From Takakia lepidozioides (Eukaryota > Plantae > Bryophyta), in the NCBI GenBank assembly GCA_030704615.1, contig CM060732.1, forward strand, positions 64,976,001 through 65,040,000: a stretch of 64,000 nt of DNA, given 5' to 3'. The translations under genes and the position numbers were made by a program. Of the stretch, positions 48,301-62,525 are shown in pieces; within the stretch, counting starts at the first letter, position 1, and the number at the start of each line of letters is the position of its first letter. The notes beneath the pieces were generated by a model that worked only from the letters and a program-made list of their open reading frames with translations, had not been told where the DNA came from and searched no databases.

Positions 48301-48652
48301 CGTACCATCCTCCATGGATGAAGAATTTGCAGACATACTTCGCATTGTTGGGGACGACAAATACCTGCAGAAACATGTGTTGTTTTCTCTTCGTATCTGT
48401 AGGGGGCAGCTTGTTGATATTCTCGCCAAGAGTGCTGCAAGAATGTTACACCCTGCGGCAGCAAAGAGCTTCCGTCCTGTAAATGACAACAACAATATGT
48501 CGCTGAAAATGAAACAGGATTTCGTTGAGGCATGGAAAACGCGACCCAGGGTCTTATGCAAAACATGGAAGAGGGTTGGTGCCCCAACACCTGCAACACA
48601 CATATACTCCACAATCCGGAGAGTCGCAGACCGTATACCAGTTGTAAAGTAG
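45340..48652 (+). pseudogene. MULE DDE transposase with SWIM finger; second exon (45763-46498) inverted
   Basis: IVACDATFGTN|FPLYTLMVFD…IPVAY, FIVDDADAE, CLWHVRRAW, DTNASIEAYHGNLK, SWIM CTCPW…CKH. Confidence 0.88.
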
Positions 48653-49329
48653 AGTAGGAAATGTAGGAAATGGTACAGTATCATTCTCCCCATGAAATAA
48701 AATTTCGGCGGTACGATTGCATGTGCACCAGATTTCCAACCTGTCTGCCAACCAACCTAGTAAACCAGTCTTCTGGCGTCTGAACTAGTCTGCTCAACCA
48801 GTCTTCTACCGTGTGAACCAGTCTGCTGTACCAGGCTGGGACTCAGTCTTCGAGCAGTCTGTTGTGCCAGCCTTCTCCTGAGCAGACCAGTCTCCCGGTT
48901 CTGGACGTGCCTGCACCTGGCTAACCAGTGAGCCTCATGTGGTCTGCCCATCAGACTGCCATTCTTAGCACGGTGGACTCTCATTACTCTGCTAACCAGA
49001 CTTGGCAGTCTACTGGCCAATGCCATCCGCCTGTACTCTACCACTCCAGTGACTCTCGATAGTCTGCTCACTAGTGGAGACTCATGGTTCCCAATCGCAT
49101 CTCTTCCCGTACTCTGGCAGTCTGCTGACTCTCGGTTGTTTGCTGACTAGTGGACTCCCTTGGTATGTTCAACAAAATGAATTGTGTGTGCAGGGGTAAG
49201 TCCGCTTAGGAACATGCAGTGAATTGGTCACAAGTCTACAGCGACTACTCCACACTGCACTCATATTCGACCAATAGGATGTGTATGCAAAGTCATATGC
49301 TTTCTCAGCAGCGGTCAAATCAGTCAAAA

Positions 49330-52300
49330 TGTACTTAAGACACTGCATCCGTTGGCCAAGTGCAAACTTGAACGTAAACCAGTGTTTCGTGAAAGGTACT
49401 CATCTCTCTGCCCTTTTAGAAGAGGTTCGAGTATGCCCAGTTTGTAGCCATTCATAATATCCTTGGATGAAGGACATGACGTAAAACCCGCATTCCCAGC
49501 TGAATGGCTGTTGGGGCACTTCAGGCTGGTTGAACTGAAATGCCCTAACATCCTCCCAACCCGGTGAATCAATTATGTAGCCTAAACACTCCTCATGCAG
49601 CTTCCGTATCCATGACAAAACATATGGGCAACCATGCAAAGACTCAATAGAGTTCATGTGAGTGTAGCAGCCTTTCCGCACGTCGATGACAACAACACTC
49701 CAGTGCGCCCTGCAAGACGAATCTCTTGAGTCTCACGGCAGCAGTCCTCTCAGCAGACCACTCCAATCGCCTCTCCAGCAGACTCTACAGACTTGCAAGT
49801 AGGCTGGGTCCTAGTCCCACTACTCTCAGCCGACTCGGCAGAGTCACAACTCAGCAGACTCACAAGACTCATCACTCAGCAGACTCGGCATAATGAGCAG
49901 ACTCAACATAATGGGCAGACTCAGCAGACTCGGCAGATTGAGCAGACTCAGGGCTGAGAGGGCAGACCAAACAGACTGTCCTCATTCAAAAGATTGGGCA
50001 GATTTGCCAGACTGAGCAGACTGAACGGACTCAACCAGCAAGAGGCAGGTGTGAACGTAGTGACGTCATTCAAAAGACTGGCCCGACAGAACAGACTGGG
50101 TATGCGAGATCTTACTCCTCCACAATCGGAACGATTATATGATGGCAGTCTTTTATGTCTTTGCCTAGCCGAGGGACGCTCCAACATGAATGCAGATACT
50201 CCACTAGCCTTTCCCGTGGCCCGTCCCAATGTGTCATCATACGAGACCACGTTGAGGCTAGCAGAAGAGCAACAGTACTTGAGTACCTCTCCTCAACCGT
50301 CTTCTCATAGAAACGACACCACAGCTCCAGCATTCTATCTGTGCACTCCGACTCCACCGTCTCAAGTGGCTTCAGGTCTGGAGGCCCGATGGAGCACTCA
50401 TACCGGGGGTCACCTTCATAAAAGTGAACCATGCAATTGCTGGCCGCAACATTCCGTCGCAGGGCCGCGGAAAAACAAGAACCCAACCTGCACACAGACC
50501 ACGGCCTTGTGTGAAAACCCATGTATGCAACGGTCTGAGCGGACTGACTCCATTCAACAGACTGCCCATACCGAGCGGACCGAGCGGACTCGCCAGACTC
50601 ACCAGACCGAGCGGACTGAGCAGACTCACACTTCTGAGTAGACTGGAGTGACCAGACTCAGCAGACTGGGAGGACCACTCACTGGTGCATTTGTCGCTGA
50701 AGAACCACTTCTTTGTTCGTATCCAGTGCCATTTTGCGGTCCTTGTTCATGAAGACACTGGACTTGCCTTTCTTCGCAGATTTCTTGGCAACATGACCCT
50801 CCCGAATTTCCTGAGTCTGCTCCACGACAGTCCGCTTCTTCGCTCTACTTGTGCCCAGGGATTCGGCGACTACTGTGGTCGGGTTCGATTCAGCAGACTG
50901 ACGAAGTGATGCGGTCGTGCTTCGCAACACGACTGTGTCTGCAGGCTTGTTCACACTTGCAGGACCTGTATTGGCAGCCTCACGGGTCACATGCGTTGAA
51001 CTAATCCGTGCATCTGTTGGCGTTGTAAATAAGCCACATTTTCAAGTTGTGGAGCCAACGTGAGCAACATTGGCGGGTTGTGGAATTGCCTGAGAGGGAA
51101 ACGGTGTCCTCAAGTCTTGTAGGTACAACAGATCCTGTCAATACACAAAAATTGAACATAAATCTGAAATCACAGAGGTGGAAGATGGCAGGGCACAACC
51201 TGTACGGCGTCATTGGAAGGAAGCGACTGGGCAAATTGCTCCCCTGCTTGAATGCCCAAGTCCGGACCTACTGTAGCCAGGGGCAATATGACAGACTCTG
51301 TGTGCGCGGCATGTTGGCCCTCAGTCTGTCCAATGTTATCGTCAGTCTGCTGCTCAGAGCGGTTAGCCTGGTGCTCAGTCTCCTTGCCGCTATGGTCAGT
51401 TTGCTGTCGAGTCTGGTAGACACTCTCGTGTGCGGGGGGAACATCATGTTGGCCCTTAGTCTGTTCATGTTCGACATCAGTCTGCTGCTCAGTGTCCTCA
51501 GTTTGGCCAGTCTAGTGCTCAGTCTGCTCGCCGTTGTGGTCAGTCTGCTGTCGAGTCTGGTGGACACTCTCATGGGCGGGGTGAACGGCATGTTGGCCCT
51601 CCTTCAGAGGACCATGTTCAGCGTCAGTCTGCTGCTCACTGTCCTCAGTCTCGTCAGTCTGGTGCTCAGTCTGCTTTTTGCTCTGGTCAGTCTGTTGTTC
51701 AGCCTGGTGGTCACTCTCGTGGTCGGTCTGCTCTTGTAGGGAGGAGATCAATCTATCAACTTGCAAGTCAACTGTGTCTTCAGGGTCTGATGCAGAAAAA
51801 ACTTGACTACCGCCGACATCTAAATTATCCGCGGCAACTACATCGTCTAGTTCTTCAGTAAGGTCAATGATACGGGGTTGAGTTCCCATATTGCGGTCGG
51901 TCACGTAAGAATCATTTAGAGCTTTCGCAAGCGAACGAACTAAAACCGGGCTGAGGTGAATGGAAATAGATGGCAGGCCATGGGCCACTAGAGAAGAATG
52001 GTTTACCGGTGCCCGGCTTATATCCTCAAACGATGCGCCAATATGTGAAGATGGCCCGGCGGGAAAAGAAGACTCCGTCAATGCACTGATAGAACTCCGC
52101 AGAAATTCAGAGACAGGGTCCCGTTGAGGCCAGTGCAGCCGACTCTGTTCAACGAGCCAGGATCCGGACTGGTGGACAGGAAGTGTAGTTGGGTCCTCCG
52201 AGTCAGTGTGGTCGTGAATCTGCTGGACAGTCTGCAGGGCACTGTCATTGTGGTGACTGCTTTCAGTCTGCTGGACGGTCTGCTCAATGGTATGCTGCAC

Positions 52301-54928
52301 AGTCTGCTGGTGCACAACCAGGTCATCCGTCTGCAGCCCGGTCTGCTCATTGGTATGCTGGATGGTCTGCTTGACAGCGACGTCATCGGTATGCTGCATG
52401 GTATGGTGCATAGGCAATCCTTCAGTCTGCTCGCCGGTCTGCTCATGAGTCTCCTCATCCTCGGTGTGGCCTGTAATGCGCCCACTCTCCTGAACTGTGG
52501 CTGGGATAGTGTTGACAGTCTGTCCATGCTCTTTTTGTTGCAGTGGGTCAGTCTGCTAAGCAATGGTGTCATCAGCAGTCTGCTGAACGGTGTCATGGAG
52601 TCCCTATAACGCCAGCACAACATCTCGTGCATCTCTGGCAAGGGAATCGAAAGCACACTGTACGTGCTTGTCTAAATTGGACATTCCTAAAACAGATGAG
52701 TTGGACAAAGTGAGTCTGATAGGATGGTGGAAGAAAATACCATGAATTTCACGACGATCCAGAAGAAGTCGGCATTACCTTCTAGGAGGTTGCCAATGAG
52801 ACCAATATCTTGGATTTGGTGTCCCAAGCATGCTCCATCGAGATGGCGAATCGTTGGCATGTGGTTTTCAAATGGTGAGCCGCACCAAAGGACTTTGAAG
52901 ACATCCGGTCTGTTCAACACAATATCGAACACTGCTCACTCCATTACTGCAGCAAACCATTGCAACGCCTCATCCACAACACTCTTCTTACCCGCATCCG
53001 AATCTGAATGAAACAAATACTTCCTCAAACTTTGCAGGTCCTTTACCAATTTACTGTAAGAACGGAAATTGCCGAACTGCATCCATCGATGGTGAAGGAA
53101 AGAATTAGCAATGCGATCAAAGTACTCTTCAGTAATTCCAAGCAAGTGCTTTCCCCGCATCCCAAAGGTAGGATGTGGCATGGGCATATGTCTGAGTTCC
53201 TGAGGCCGTGGGTCATCCATGAGGATTAATTGGACAAGCAGTGGCGGGGCATTTTGGACCTTCATGGCTGCCAGGGCAACAGAATGTGCGCTTTCGAGGA
53301 CTTCATTCGCTTCTGCCATAGTAAATTCCATGGAATAATGAAAGGGAACAAAAGGCCACCGGCCGTCCATGACAAAGCGATGGAGCTCATTATACCAATC
53401 CACATTGGCATTGACTTCCCCCACCCTCAGACGGGCAATGTCAGGTCCACAGCTTTGGGATCAATGAGCGGGAATGGCGAGCGCCAAACTCCAAAAAGTC
53501 CCGTGGTGGTCGTGACAATGAGAGTCTGCTGGCTGGGAGTCCGCTGGACAGCAGTGTGGTGGATGGGCGTCTTCGGGGTGGCAGTCTGCTGGTTGGGAGT
53601 CTCCTGAATGGCAGTCTGCTGGCTGGGAGTCTGCAAAGCAGTCTGCTGGATGGGAGTATGTTGGACGAGAGTCTGGTACATGGGAGTGTGCTGGACAAGA
53701 CTGTGCTGACTGTGAGTTTGCTGGGAAAGAGTTTGCTAGGCAAGAGTCTGCTGGATACCAGATTGGGTGAGCTCTATGTCCACCGAGTCTGCAGTGAGTA
53801 TGGTGTTGATCGGGGAGTTGGCGCGTGCTTTGTCTGCAGAGTCCAATGCTGCTATGGTGTCTGCTGAGCCAGGGTACTTAAACAAGATGTACTCCTGTAC
53901 CCGCTCCACTTCCCGGCGCACCGCATTCACTGCTAAAGAGGGTCGGAGCTCACCGTCCGCCAAGCACACAAGGCCTCCCGAATATTGGCTTGTTCATCCT
54001 GGTATATGACAGAAAACCCAAAAACTCAGCATCAGACTCACTAGCAGCAGCCTCACCAGCATCGTGGCACAGAACAAAGGAACCAGCGGACTCCAGCAGA
54101 CTCAACGACAAGAGACACCTGCGCACGTATAGTAGACTGAACTAGCAGACTCTATGACAACAGACACTTGCGCACAGTGGACTGCAGGAGGGGACGCAGC
54201 AGACTGACGCAACAGACTACCAACTGTGGGGACAGACTGGGCATTATCTCGTTGTCGTCGTTGACACAGACGTCCTCCTCATCTTCAAGGGAGCTCAACC
54301 AATTTTCCTCCGTTGCTCGGATGGTTCTGCTGAGCTGTCCAGACTGGGCGAAACTGTAGAAAAAACGGAAGAAGTCTGGATCGTCCACTGGTGGGCACAC
54401 CGATGGGAGAAGCCCAAATGGTATGAGGCGCAATGTGCTAGGACAAACTCCACTGGTAGTCTCTTTCGACTGGACTTCGTCCACGTGAACCCTCGACTGG
54501 TCAAGTAAGACAATGTCGACGGGAGATGAGACACCTCCCAGACCTGCGAATTCATCATTCCGAATGATGTCTGCAGACGGCTCAGCAGACTGGCTCTCAC
54601 TCGAAGTACTGATGGTCTGCGTCTGTTGCATAGACCGTCTCCCTGGCACAGCCCGTGACACTTCCCGACTGCCTTGGGGACGAGTCTGCTGTTGAGATTT
54701 TGCCCTCGTCTCTCGAGCAGACCTTGCAGCCTTTTCTCTTTCCTTCTTCTGGGCCCCATCACTAAGTTTCCTTTTTCTGGGAGCCACAGGCGATGGCGAT
54801 GTCAGGTCATGCACATCTTGCATTGAAACATCCGAACCCACCCCATACCGTGCGCGCACCTCCGCCAAAGTGTGGGCCTTTGGGTTTGCGCCACGGAGTC
54901 TGGCGGTGGCCGCATTCACCACCCTCAT
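49330..54928 (-). pseudogene. Multi-exon MULE accessory gene(s) ending in an Ulp1/C48 SUMO-protease-like domain
   Basis: HIIVPIVEE|AHWSVVVID…MNS…VPQQPFSWECGFYV. The upstream exons are unrecognised and interrupted by QQT-rich repeats and stops. Confidence 0.75.
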
Positions 54929-57840
54929 TGAACTTTGAACTGGCCACGCTTAAAAGCCAGGTGGGATATAGCGCTTGTTTTTGCAACCCGTGTCAACACA
55001 ATGGCGGTTTAGCTGCACTTTGTCCTTGATAATTTCACTACAGAAGGGACAGTGAAGCTTATCCTTCTGCCAGTTGGAGTCTGCAGGCTTGATTGCGCGG
55101 AGGTCTAAGAAGCTTTGATTATTTTTGCATCATACTCCTCAGGTGAGTACCGGTACCTTCGCTTCTTTAGCCTGGACTTGTGCATGAAATGCAACCAGTC
55201 TGCTCCACCCTTTGCACAAGCATCCTCCATGGCTGCAAAATTAGACAAGAGATGCAGCGGCAATGAGCGACAAACAGACTAAGAATAAGAAAGCAGAGAA
55301 AAGCGGAAAAGAGAATGGAAAGAAACCAAAGCATAAAGCACAAAGAGGAAAGCTCACCGGGCAACAAGCGACGGTTGTTGCGACGATTCGGTGCTCACGC
55401 GTCCGTCCGCGCCTCGAAAAGCTAACACGCACAAAGGAAAGCGGGCTCGCACAAATGGGAGGTGGACGGGCCCCAAACGAAACAGTGCGAAAGAAGTCCA
55501 GTGGGAAGTGGAGAACAGCTATAACCCTGCATATGCGGAGTGACGTGGCGAGATTTCACTGGCGCCCCTTTTTGGCCGCCATCGCATTAAATAGTTGCAG
55601 ACCCCTCACACGTGTTGGCGGTATGCCACTGAACGGACAGACTCGTATGCCACTGCACGGACAGTCCAGCAGACGGGATGAGTGGGACTATTGTCAGTCT
55701 GCCGTCGTCGCATTCATTAAGTCCAACAGACTTACTCCTGATGACAAAGACGGCCGAGCAGAACCAGTAAACTCGACAACAGACTCATATGCCACCGCAA
55801 AGACAGACTGACGATTGAGGTTAAGCGGACTGACAAAGAGACTAAGGCGAGTGTGGAGTCTGATGACGTGCCATGACGTGACTGTGCCTCCTTACCGCCG
55901 TCGCTGCATTTATTGCGTCCAGCAGACTTAAACCTAATGACATAACGGCCGAACAGACCCACTGCAAACAAACTTGCGCAACAACAGACTCGTATGCCAC
56001 TACACGGACAGTCCAGCAAACGGAAGGTTCAACAGACTGACGAAGAGACTGGCGCAGAGTAATTTGCGCGACAACAGACTGATTTCTAACAGACTAATAT
56101 CCCAAAAGACAAAGTATCCCCTAGGCGGCCGGCTGATACGGGAGTAAACCGTAAACCGCACTTTCTGTCCGAGTTCGGACGCGGCGCGAGATCACTGGCG
56201 CCCCTTCCCGCCGTCGTTGCATTCATAGGTCCAGCAGACTTACACGTGATAATAATGACGGCTCAACAGACCCAGCGCAAACAGACTTGCGCCATAGTAG
56301 ACTGACTTTGTGACAGTCCAGCTGACTGATATCAGAAGAGACGGACAGACTAGCAGTCCGACGGCTCAGCAGACTCACAACAATGCGGATAATTAAAAGG
56401 TAGTAGTTAAACGGACTCATATCCGAAGAGACGGACTTCCAGTTAACCAACGGTTCAACAAACTGACGAGAGAAGAGACTTCGGGGATAAGACGAGAGAA
56501 GATACTTCGGAATTCGGCAGGCAGTGACGGCCCAATAGTCCAGTGAAGAACAGACTCGCGCCATACCAGACTTGTATCCTTACAGACCAACAGTCCAGCA
56601 GACCAGACTGATATCCCATCAGAACCACGCTTGGCGTCGCCGTCATGCCGTGGTTGCATTTCATCCGTCCAGCAGACTTGCATATGCCCATACTCATGGC
56701 ACAACACATTGCTTAGAGAAAGTACTGACAAAGACGCAGTCGAAGAGCCTGTTGATCCACTCGCATTTGCAGTCGTAAGGACCTCGAACATCCACAAGCA
56801 ACGTGAATCCACATCTTTCAGGCTACGTCTCCTTTCCCATTGTCCAGTTTTCAAGGAGACGGTAGTGGTTGAGATGTGATGTTTCAGGAGGTGCATCTGG
56901 ATGTTTGAGGACCTTCGGACTGGATCCTATTCCGTTCACACTCTCCGCAGTTCCCAGACATGTGGTGGCAAAGACGTCCTCCCTTGAGTAGTCTCATCGG
57001 TGGACATAAATTCTGCAATGTATACACGCCCCCACGTGCATATGCTTCCGCGATTTCCACTATCGTGTTACCAATGGTTTCCTGCTCCATACGAAGGAGC
57101 TCGGACTCGGACACACACCACAAACCGTAAACGCATGCAATTTTTCCACATATCGTCCTAAAAAATAAGCACGTCAGCACAAAACGAAGGCGAAAATAGT
57201 GGAAGCATATGCACGATGGTGGCTGTAGAGCCCCGCCAGCCCTCTCATGTTCAGGCACACCCTTCATCGTCATTAAAATCGCCATAAACAAGAAGAACAG
57301 CCGCATGCGTGCAAAGTAAAATCCGCAACATTGGACAACAAAGAGCCGCAAGAACGAGACAACAAGAACGAGTGGGCGAGTTCGTGGTAGGGTGTTACGA
57401 TCTTCCATGCCCTAAACATGGATGGCACGGATGGGTTTCTCAGAATGGACGATCCAGATCCTTCGGCCGGCGCGGACTGACAAACTGGCAGACTGGGGGG
57501 CAGCAGACGGGCAGAGCGGACTATTGGGTGGACTTGCGGGGACTGGCACAGCGGACTGGCGTGCACAACAGACTGGCGGTTTGGCGGACTGAGGGGAACT
57601 GGACTCACGGGCAGCGGACTGGCCGCGCCGGACTGGGGGCGTGGTGGAGCGCGGGCGGGGCTGGTGGGGCCGCGACAGCAGGTGGGCGACCGCGCGCAAC
57701 GGGGGGGGGGGAGCCGGGCGTCCGTGCGCGGGGCCCACCGGTCAGCTCGCGCGTGTGCCATAACGTCCCAATTATTGTAAAATGAGAGGCCAGAACCTGG
57801 GCCTTATTTGGTTGTACAACCACTAATAATTGATTTAATG

Positions 57841-57940
57841 GGGGTAGATGATTTGTCTAGGGTTGTAGACGATGTGTCGGGGTTGTAGATGATTTGTCGA
57901 GGGTCTTGTAGATGATGTGCCGAGGGTTGTAGATGATAGT
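57841..57940. repeat. Short tandem repeat (GGGTTGTAGATGATTTGTC-like, ~20-bp period)
   Basis: About five degenerate units. Confidence 0.75.
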
Positions 57941-59666
57941 TGATTACATGGGCATTTGGTATACCGTAGCAGTCGAGAGCAGCTTGCACGCCGCATAGCC
58001 GCCTTTTGATTGGCCTTGAGGAGGCAGGCTATGACGCGGTAGCATGGCTCCGTAAACATACGGACCCCGACCACCTCCCGTAGACTCCATCTGCTTAAGT
58101 ATCCTGCGCGATGTCTAGACTACGGGCAATTGATATGGGACAATGCACGACCAATGCGATTATGATTTACGACCTATCTGCTGTTACTTATTTCTACCTT
58201 CTAGGTGGTATTAGAACAAGATACCTTGCAGGTAAATGGTCCACGGCAGCTATCATGCGGCCTAGTGTTGGGGCAATCTTCTGGCTTCCCTTCTCTGCAT
58301 CCCGTGGCTATGACTACATTGGGCAATCAGCCTGTAACTGGGCCAAGGTGAGAGTGATTTACCCTCACAGCCAAATGAATATTCTAGATGTAGATTTAGA
58401 GCGCAGTTGTGTTTTATGTAAAGATGCAATATGGTCCTTCCCTTCTGATCCTTCCCTAAGTGTGTCATCAAACAAATCTTCCCCACAAAGGCAGCAAATT
58501 GATTCCCTTGCCATTCAGAACAAAGAGGCGGATTGTGAGAATCCATCGCACACGTACACGGCCACAAGCGGGAAACAAGCTGAGCGAAACACAAAACTAG
58601 TGCAAATGAATGGGTGAGAATCCCTAAAAGTTTATCGGGTAGGTTGAAAGTGGGTAGGTCGGTAGCTGCTTGCAAGCTGCCCACTACTGCTACATCAGAT
58701 AGTGCCTGCGTGGTGCCCTGTTACCGGTAATAGTAGGGGCTCGGTATATACGGAGCCCCTACTATTAACAGTAGCAGGGCTCCTCGCAGCCACTATCTAG
58801 TCCATATCCCTTGACGAAGGATTTGGGTGCCAGAAAGTGGCACAAGTGAGCAGTAGACTCTACCACACTCTGGTACTAAGCAACAAAGGGTCGCTGTTGG
58901 GATTTAGTGATAATGAAAAATGAAAAATGTTAAAAAAAAAAAAATAGTCAGCTAGGTGTACATTGTCTGCAGGTGTGTACGCAACCTGTTAATGTGTTCT
59001 CACAAATTTTATGACCGAGGGATCCAAAGCCGACTTCTCTCATTGCGAGGATGCTGGGTGGATGGAAGTGAAGATGGTCTTTCTGCTTCCTGCAAAGATG
59101 ATAACCCTTCTATCACGTCTATTGAGGAAAACTATGCCTATTTTTTTTTCCAACATGTATGTTTTATATTTTGTGGAAGCTTAACAAGAGTTTCTTAAAT
59201 AGACATGACTTACTTATGTTGAGTATATTTCTATCACACATTTAGTAAAACAAATGGTTTGACAAGAAAAGCTGTGATTTATTTTAAAAGGGTGTGGATG
59301 TACTAGTGATATCAGGGTCATCTTCCCTTCATACAGGCCAGTAAATCTGGCAAAGGAAGTCAAATGAACACATCTCCTCCCCCCAACCCTCCCTCTCTCT
59401 GCACTACTCCAAACAAGTTCATCAAGTTTCTGACTTTCATGACATATTACCCTTAAACTGTAGCACAAACACTGGTGCCTCTCCATTTAATTCCTGTCCA
59501 GATGTTTCAGATGCATCTTTGGTCGAGGTATATGTATATACAATAAGTGTGGAGGATTTTCAACTTCTAAAAGAGCTTTGCTATAAGCAAAGATTTATAT
59601 CAGTATCTCCAACTTGAGTGATTTTCCTTGGGGGACCGTCGTATACATGGTGGCAGAGGCAATTCC

Positions 59667-62186
59667 TTAAGTGGACCTGGTTTTCCCATTTTTCTTCGGA
59701 GCTTTCTTACTTTCCTCCGGATATCGCACAATCAGCACTGGGCACTCAGCATTGTGGACCGCATAGTCACTGACACTCCCCAGGAAGGTCCTGCAATTAT
59801 GTATGGAGCAATGTGTCAATACAACTCTCAAACCCACACATGTAGCCTTAAATTTGGTACAGTGACCGTTGAGTAGTGACAAGTAGCAAAATAAGCTTAT
59901 GGGGATTAACAGGAACAAACCCAACTGACATTGAGCTCCCCAAAGTTGGAAAAATCATTGCCAGGAAACTACATTGAACCATCAAACTTCTGTCATTGAC
60001 CTAAACTACCTTGGACAGTCAACCAGGCTATAGAATTATTTTTGGCTCGTCTCCCACGGACCCCTCTAAGAGAAGCCATATCTTGCAAGATATAGCCCCC
60101 AATGTCAAGTGAAGGTGTTCAACCTCTTGTTGAACATCAACTAATGCACCTTAATCACCACAATGCAGCTTAAGTGATAATTACCATTGCAATTGCGAGT
60201 GAATTTTAAGAATCATTTGAATCTCCGTCTCATTAAAGGAGAACTAGCAATATACCTTGTTAACTGGTCTCTATGATCCTTGGATTATGTGAAGAATCAT
60301 TGCACTAGGCACATGCTACTAACCCTCGGAGTTTTAGCTCACCACAATATCAAACTTGGCGGCTGTGGCGCGCATGCACAACTGACAATGATCTAGTTAG
60401 AGAGGCCCATGTTTTGATTTGGATGCCTGGCTTTGACATCATACTTAATGGTTCCTTCTGTTAACTCATCTTGGATATTGTAATCCTTCATCATAAACAG
60501 ATGCAGCACATGTGGTTTGCTTGCACTGTGGATGTACAGGGGCAATGGGTAGCTGTCTAGGTTACAAAAAATAAGAAGTGGCGTTGATTGCACTTACCCG
60601 TTCAACTTGGGAAATAAAACAGTCTTGCTTGATTAGAGAACTACTTGTGTAAACTGCATAGTTCCTTTAATCAGGATTAAGAAACAATTCAGATAACCTC
60701 CCTGTTCTCCCTCCTCCCACCATTTAATTTACTCTCTCCCTCAACTTCTTGACCACGTTTCACAACTGCAATATTTTGGAAAGAGAGAGGAGAGAGTAAT
60801 CACACCGTTTGATGAGACCGTGACCACGGCTTCCCATGACAAGAAGATCAGGTGACAGCTTCTTGACAGCCTCCACCATCTTGTCGCGTGCGTCTCCTTT
60901 CACACTCATTGTCTCACATTTGATCTGGTAGCAAAAATTTCAGACAAATACATTTCACGCTCAAGGCAGACCTGCTTAATATGTTGATCGGTATGAATTA
61001 TTATTATTGTTGATGGGTAATCTTGATCCTTGAGCATTGACTATCTCACATCCTTACACGCACACAGATACACTCAATGAATCTCAGAATAGTTGGTGCT
61101 CTATCCTGAAGTGGATGATGCTTTATAGAACGCCCATTAGGTCGGTTGCTAAATCATCCCAAATGTCCGCCCAGCTGCTGTCCCTCCAGGTCGCTCATGG
61201 TTTGAGTCGTCACTGGCAGTACGGATTTTTCAGTGTGATACATTCACAGTCACAAATGAGTTCACTACCAGCTCTAGTGGCAGTTTGATGCTCCGATTGG
61301 CATGGACCAGTGATTCTACCCGCTGATTCAAGGCCATACCATTACAATTTACCCGATCTGTTCTCTCTTTTCCCAAATTTTTGTGGGATGTGCACAAGCA
61401 GTATACACTTATATTCGTCAATTTAGAAACAGAGTGCAGCTCTCTCATTCTCTCTCAACATTCATTCATCGGAGGAGACCCGACCTTATACTTCTGTACA
61501 ATCTGATGCATGCGCTGAAGAAGTGCGTCACTCTCCTGCTGATACTTTTGGTCGACCACCTCGATCCAGCTAGGTGTTCCATAAAACATGTCCACTGAAG
61601 AATTTCCCGTAGCTCACCACGAGTTAATGACTCTCCCTGCTGGGTCGGTGAGGTAACTACCGTATACAACCTTCATACCAAGTTCCGACTGCTGGAGAGG
61701 GCGTCTAGGGCTACTAGTTAGTCTCATACTCTACTCCTTCCACACTTCCAACCTCTCACCCCCTTATCTGTTCCAAAGCTTTTGTAGACGTGGTCTACTG
61801 CCATCGGTCACACGGTATGGGCAGCTCCCACAGAGAAGTTATAACCATTCATTCTTGCCCGAAATGTCAAATTGCAGTCCACACTCGCCAGATTACAAAA
61901 CTTAAACACAGCTTCGTGAAGAGCAAGTTCAACGAGCTTTCAAATCTATCTAACGCAATGTTGGGCTCACATTCAGGTCAAGGAAAAACACCAAGAAGGG
62001 GGTCCACAACAACATTGGAGCGAGAAGGAAATTACTGTCAACCAAAGGTCGGGAGTGGACAAGTGTGATGGTGTCGTCTGGTCTGATAATGTTGGAGAGA
62101 GTGAAATTGAGAGCGTAGGTGGAGCCCTCTGAATCGTCCACAGCCACCAGCAGTTGGCGACCTTGCTGATTCTCCTCAGCGCTCAT
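59667..62186 (-). CDS. Universal stress protein A-like; exons 62186-62036, 61594-61485, 60924-60806, 59790-59667
   Basis: LLVAVDDSEGSTYAL, GDARDKMVEAV…[36 protein letters not shown]; introns in phase. Confidence 0.93.
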
Positions 62187-62525
62187 CTTTCTCCTTTCAC
62201 AGCTCCCCAATCCTCAACCGTAGCACGTCTGGAGAGATCGCAAACCCAATTCCCAGCAAAGCGAGGAGGAACTTTGTGGGGAGTTGGGGAAGAGGACTCG
62301 ATGCCACTTGTTAGCACATGCGTCAGATGTGTGCTGACTCCTCTTCCACTCTGCATGCTGACTGCGCAAAGCACGAAAACTATATCTCACGTATGAGATG
62401 ATTTCTTCCGATGAGATTTGATGGACGATCGTTGCTACAGACAAGAAGCTGGGATGATTCTGTTGCATGCTTCAACCGACTTCAATGCTCCAGAAATATC
62501 TGCAACAGAGGAAGAGAATGTCTCA

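Larger units (their letters stand above)
44580..57793. mobile_element. Mutator-like (MULE) DNA transposon, ~13.2 kb, with ~380-415-bp GC-rich TIRs
   Basis: 44580-44995 is the inverted repeat of 57417-57793; contains a MULE transposase and an Ulp1-like gene; no clean TSD found. Confidence 0.9.

Noticed and set aside
51047-51739. Leu/Ser/Val-rich membrane protein ORF
   Set aside because: Antisense reading of CAGACT/QQT repeats in the MULE.
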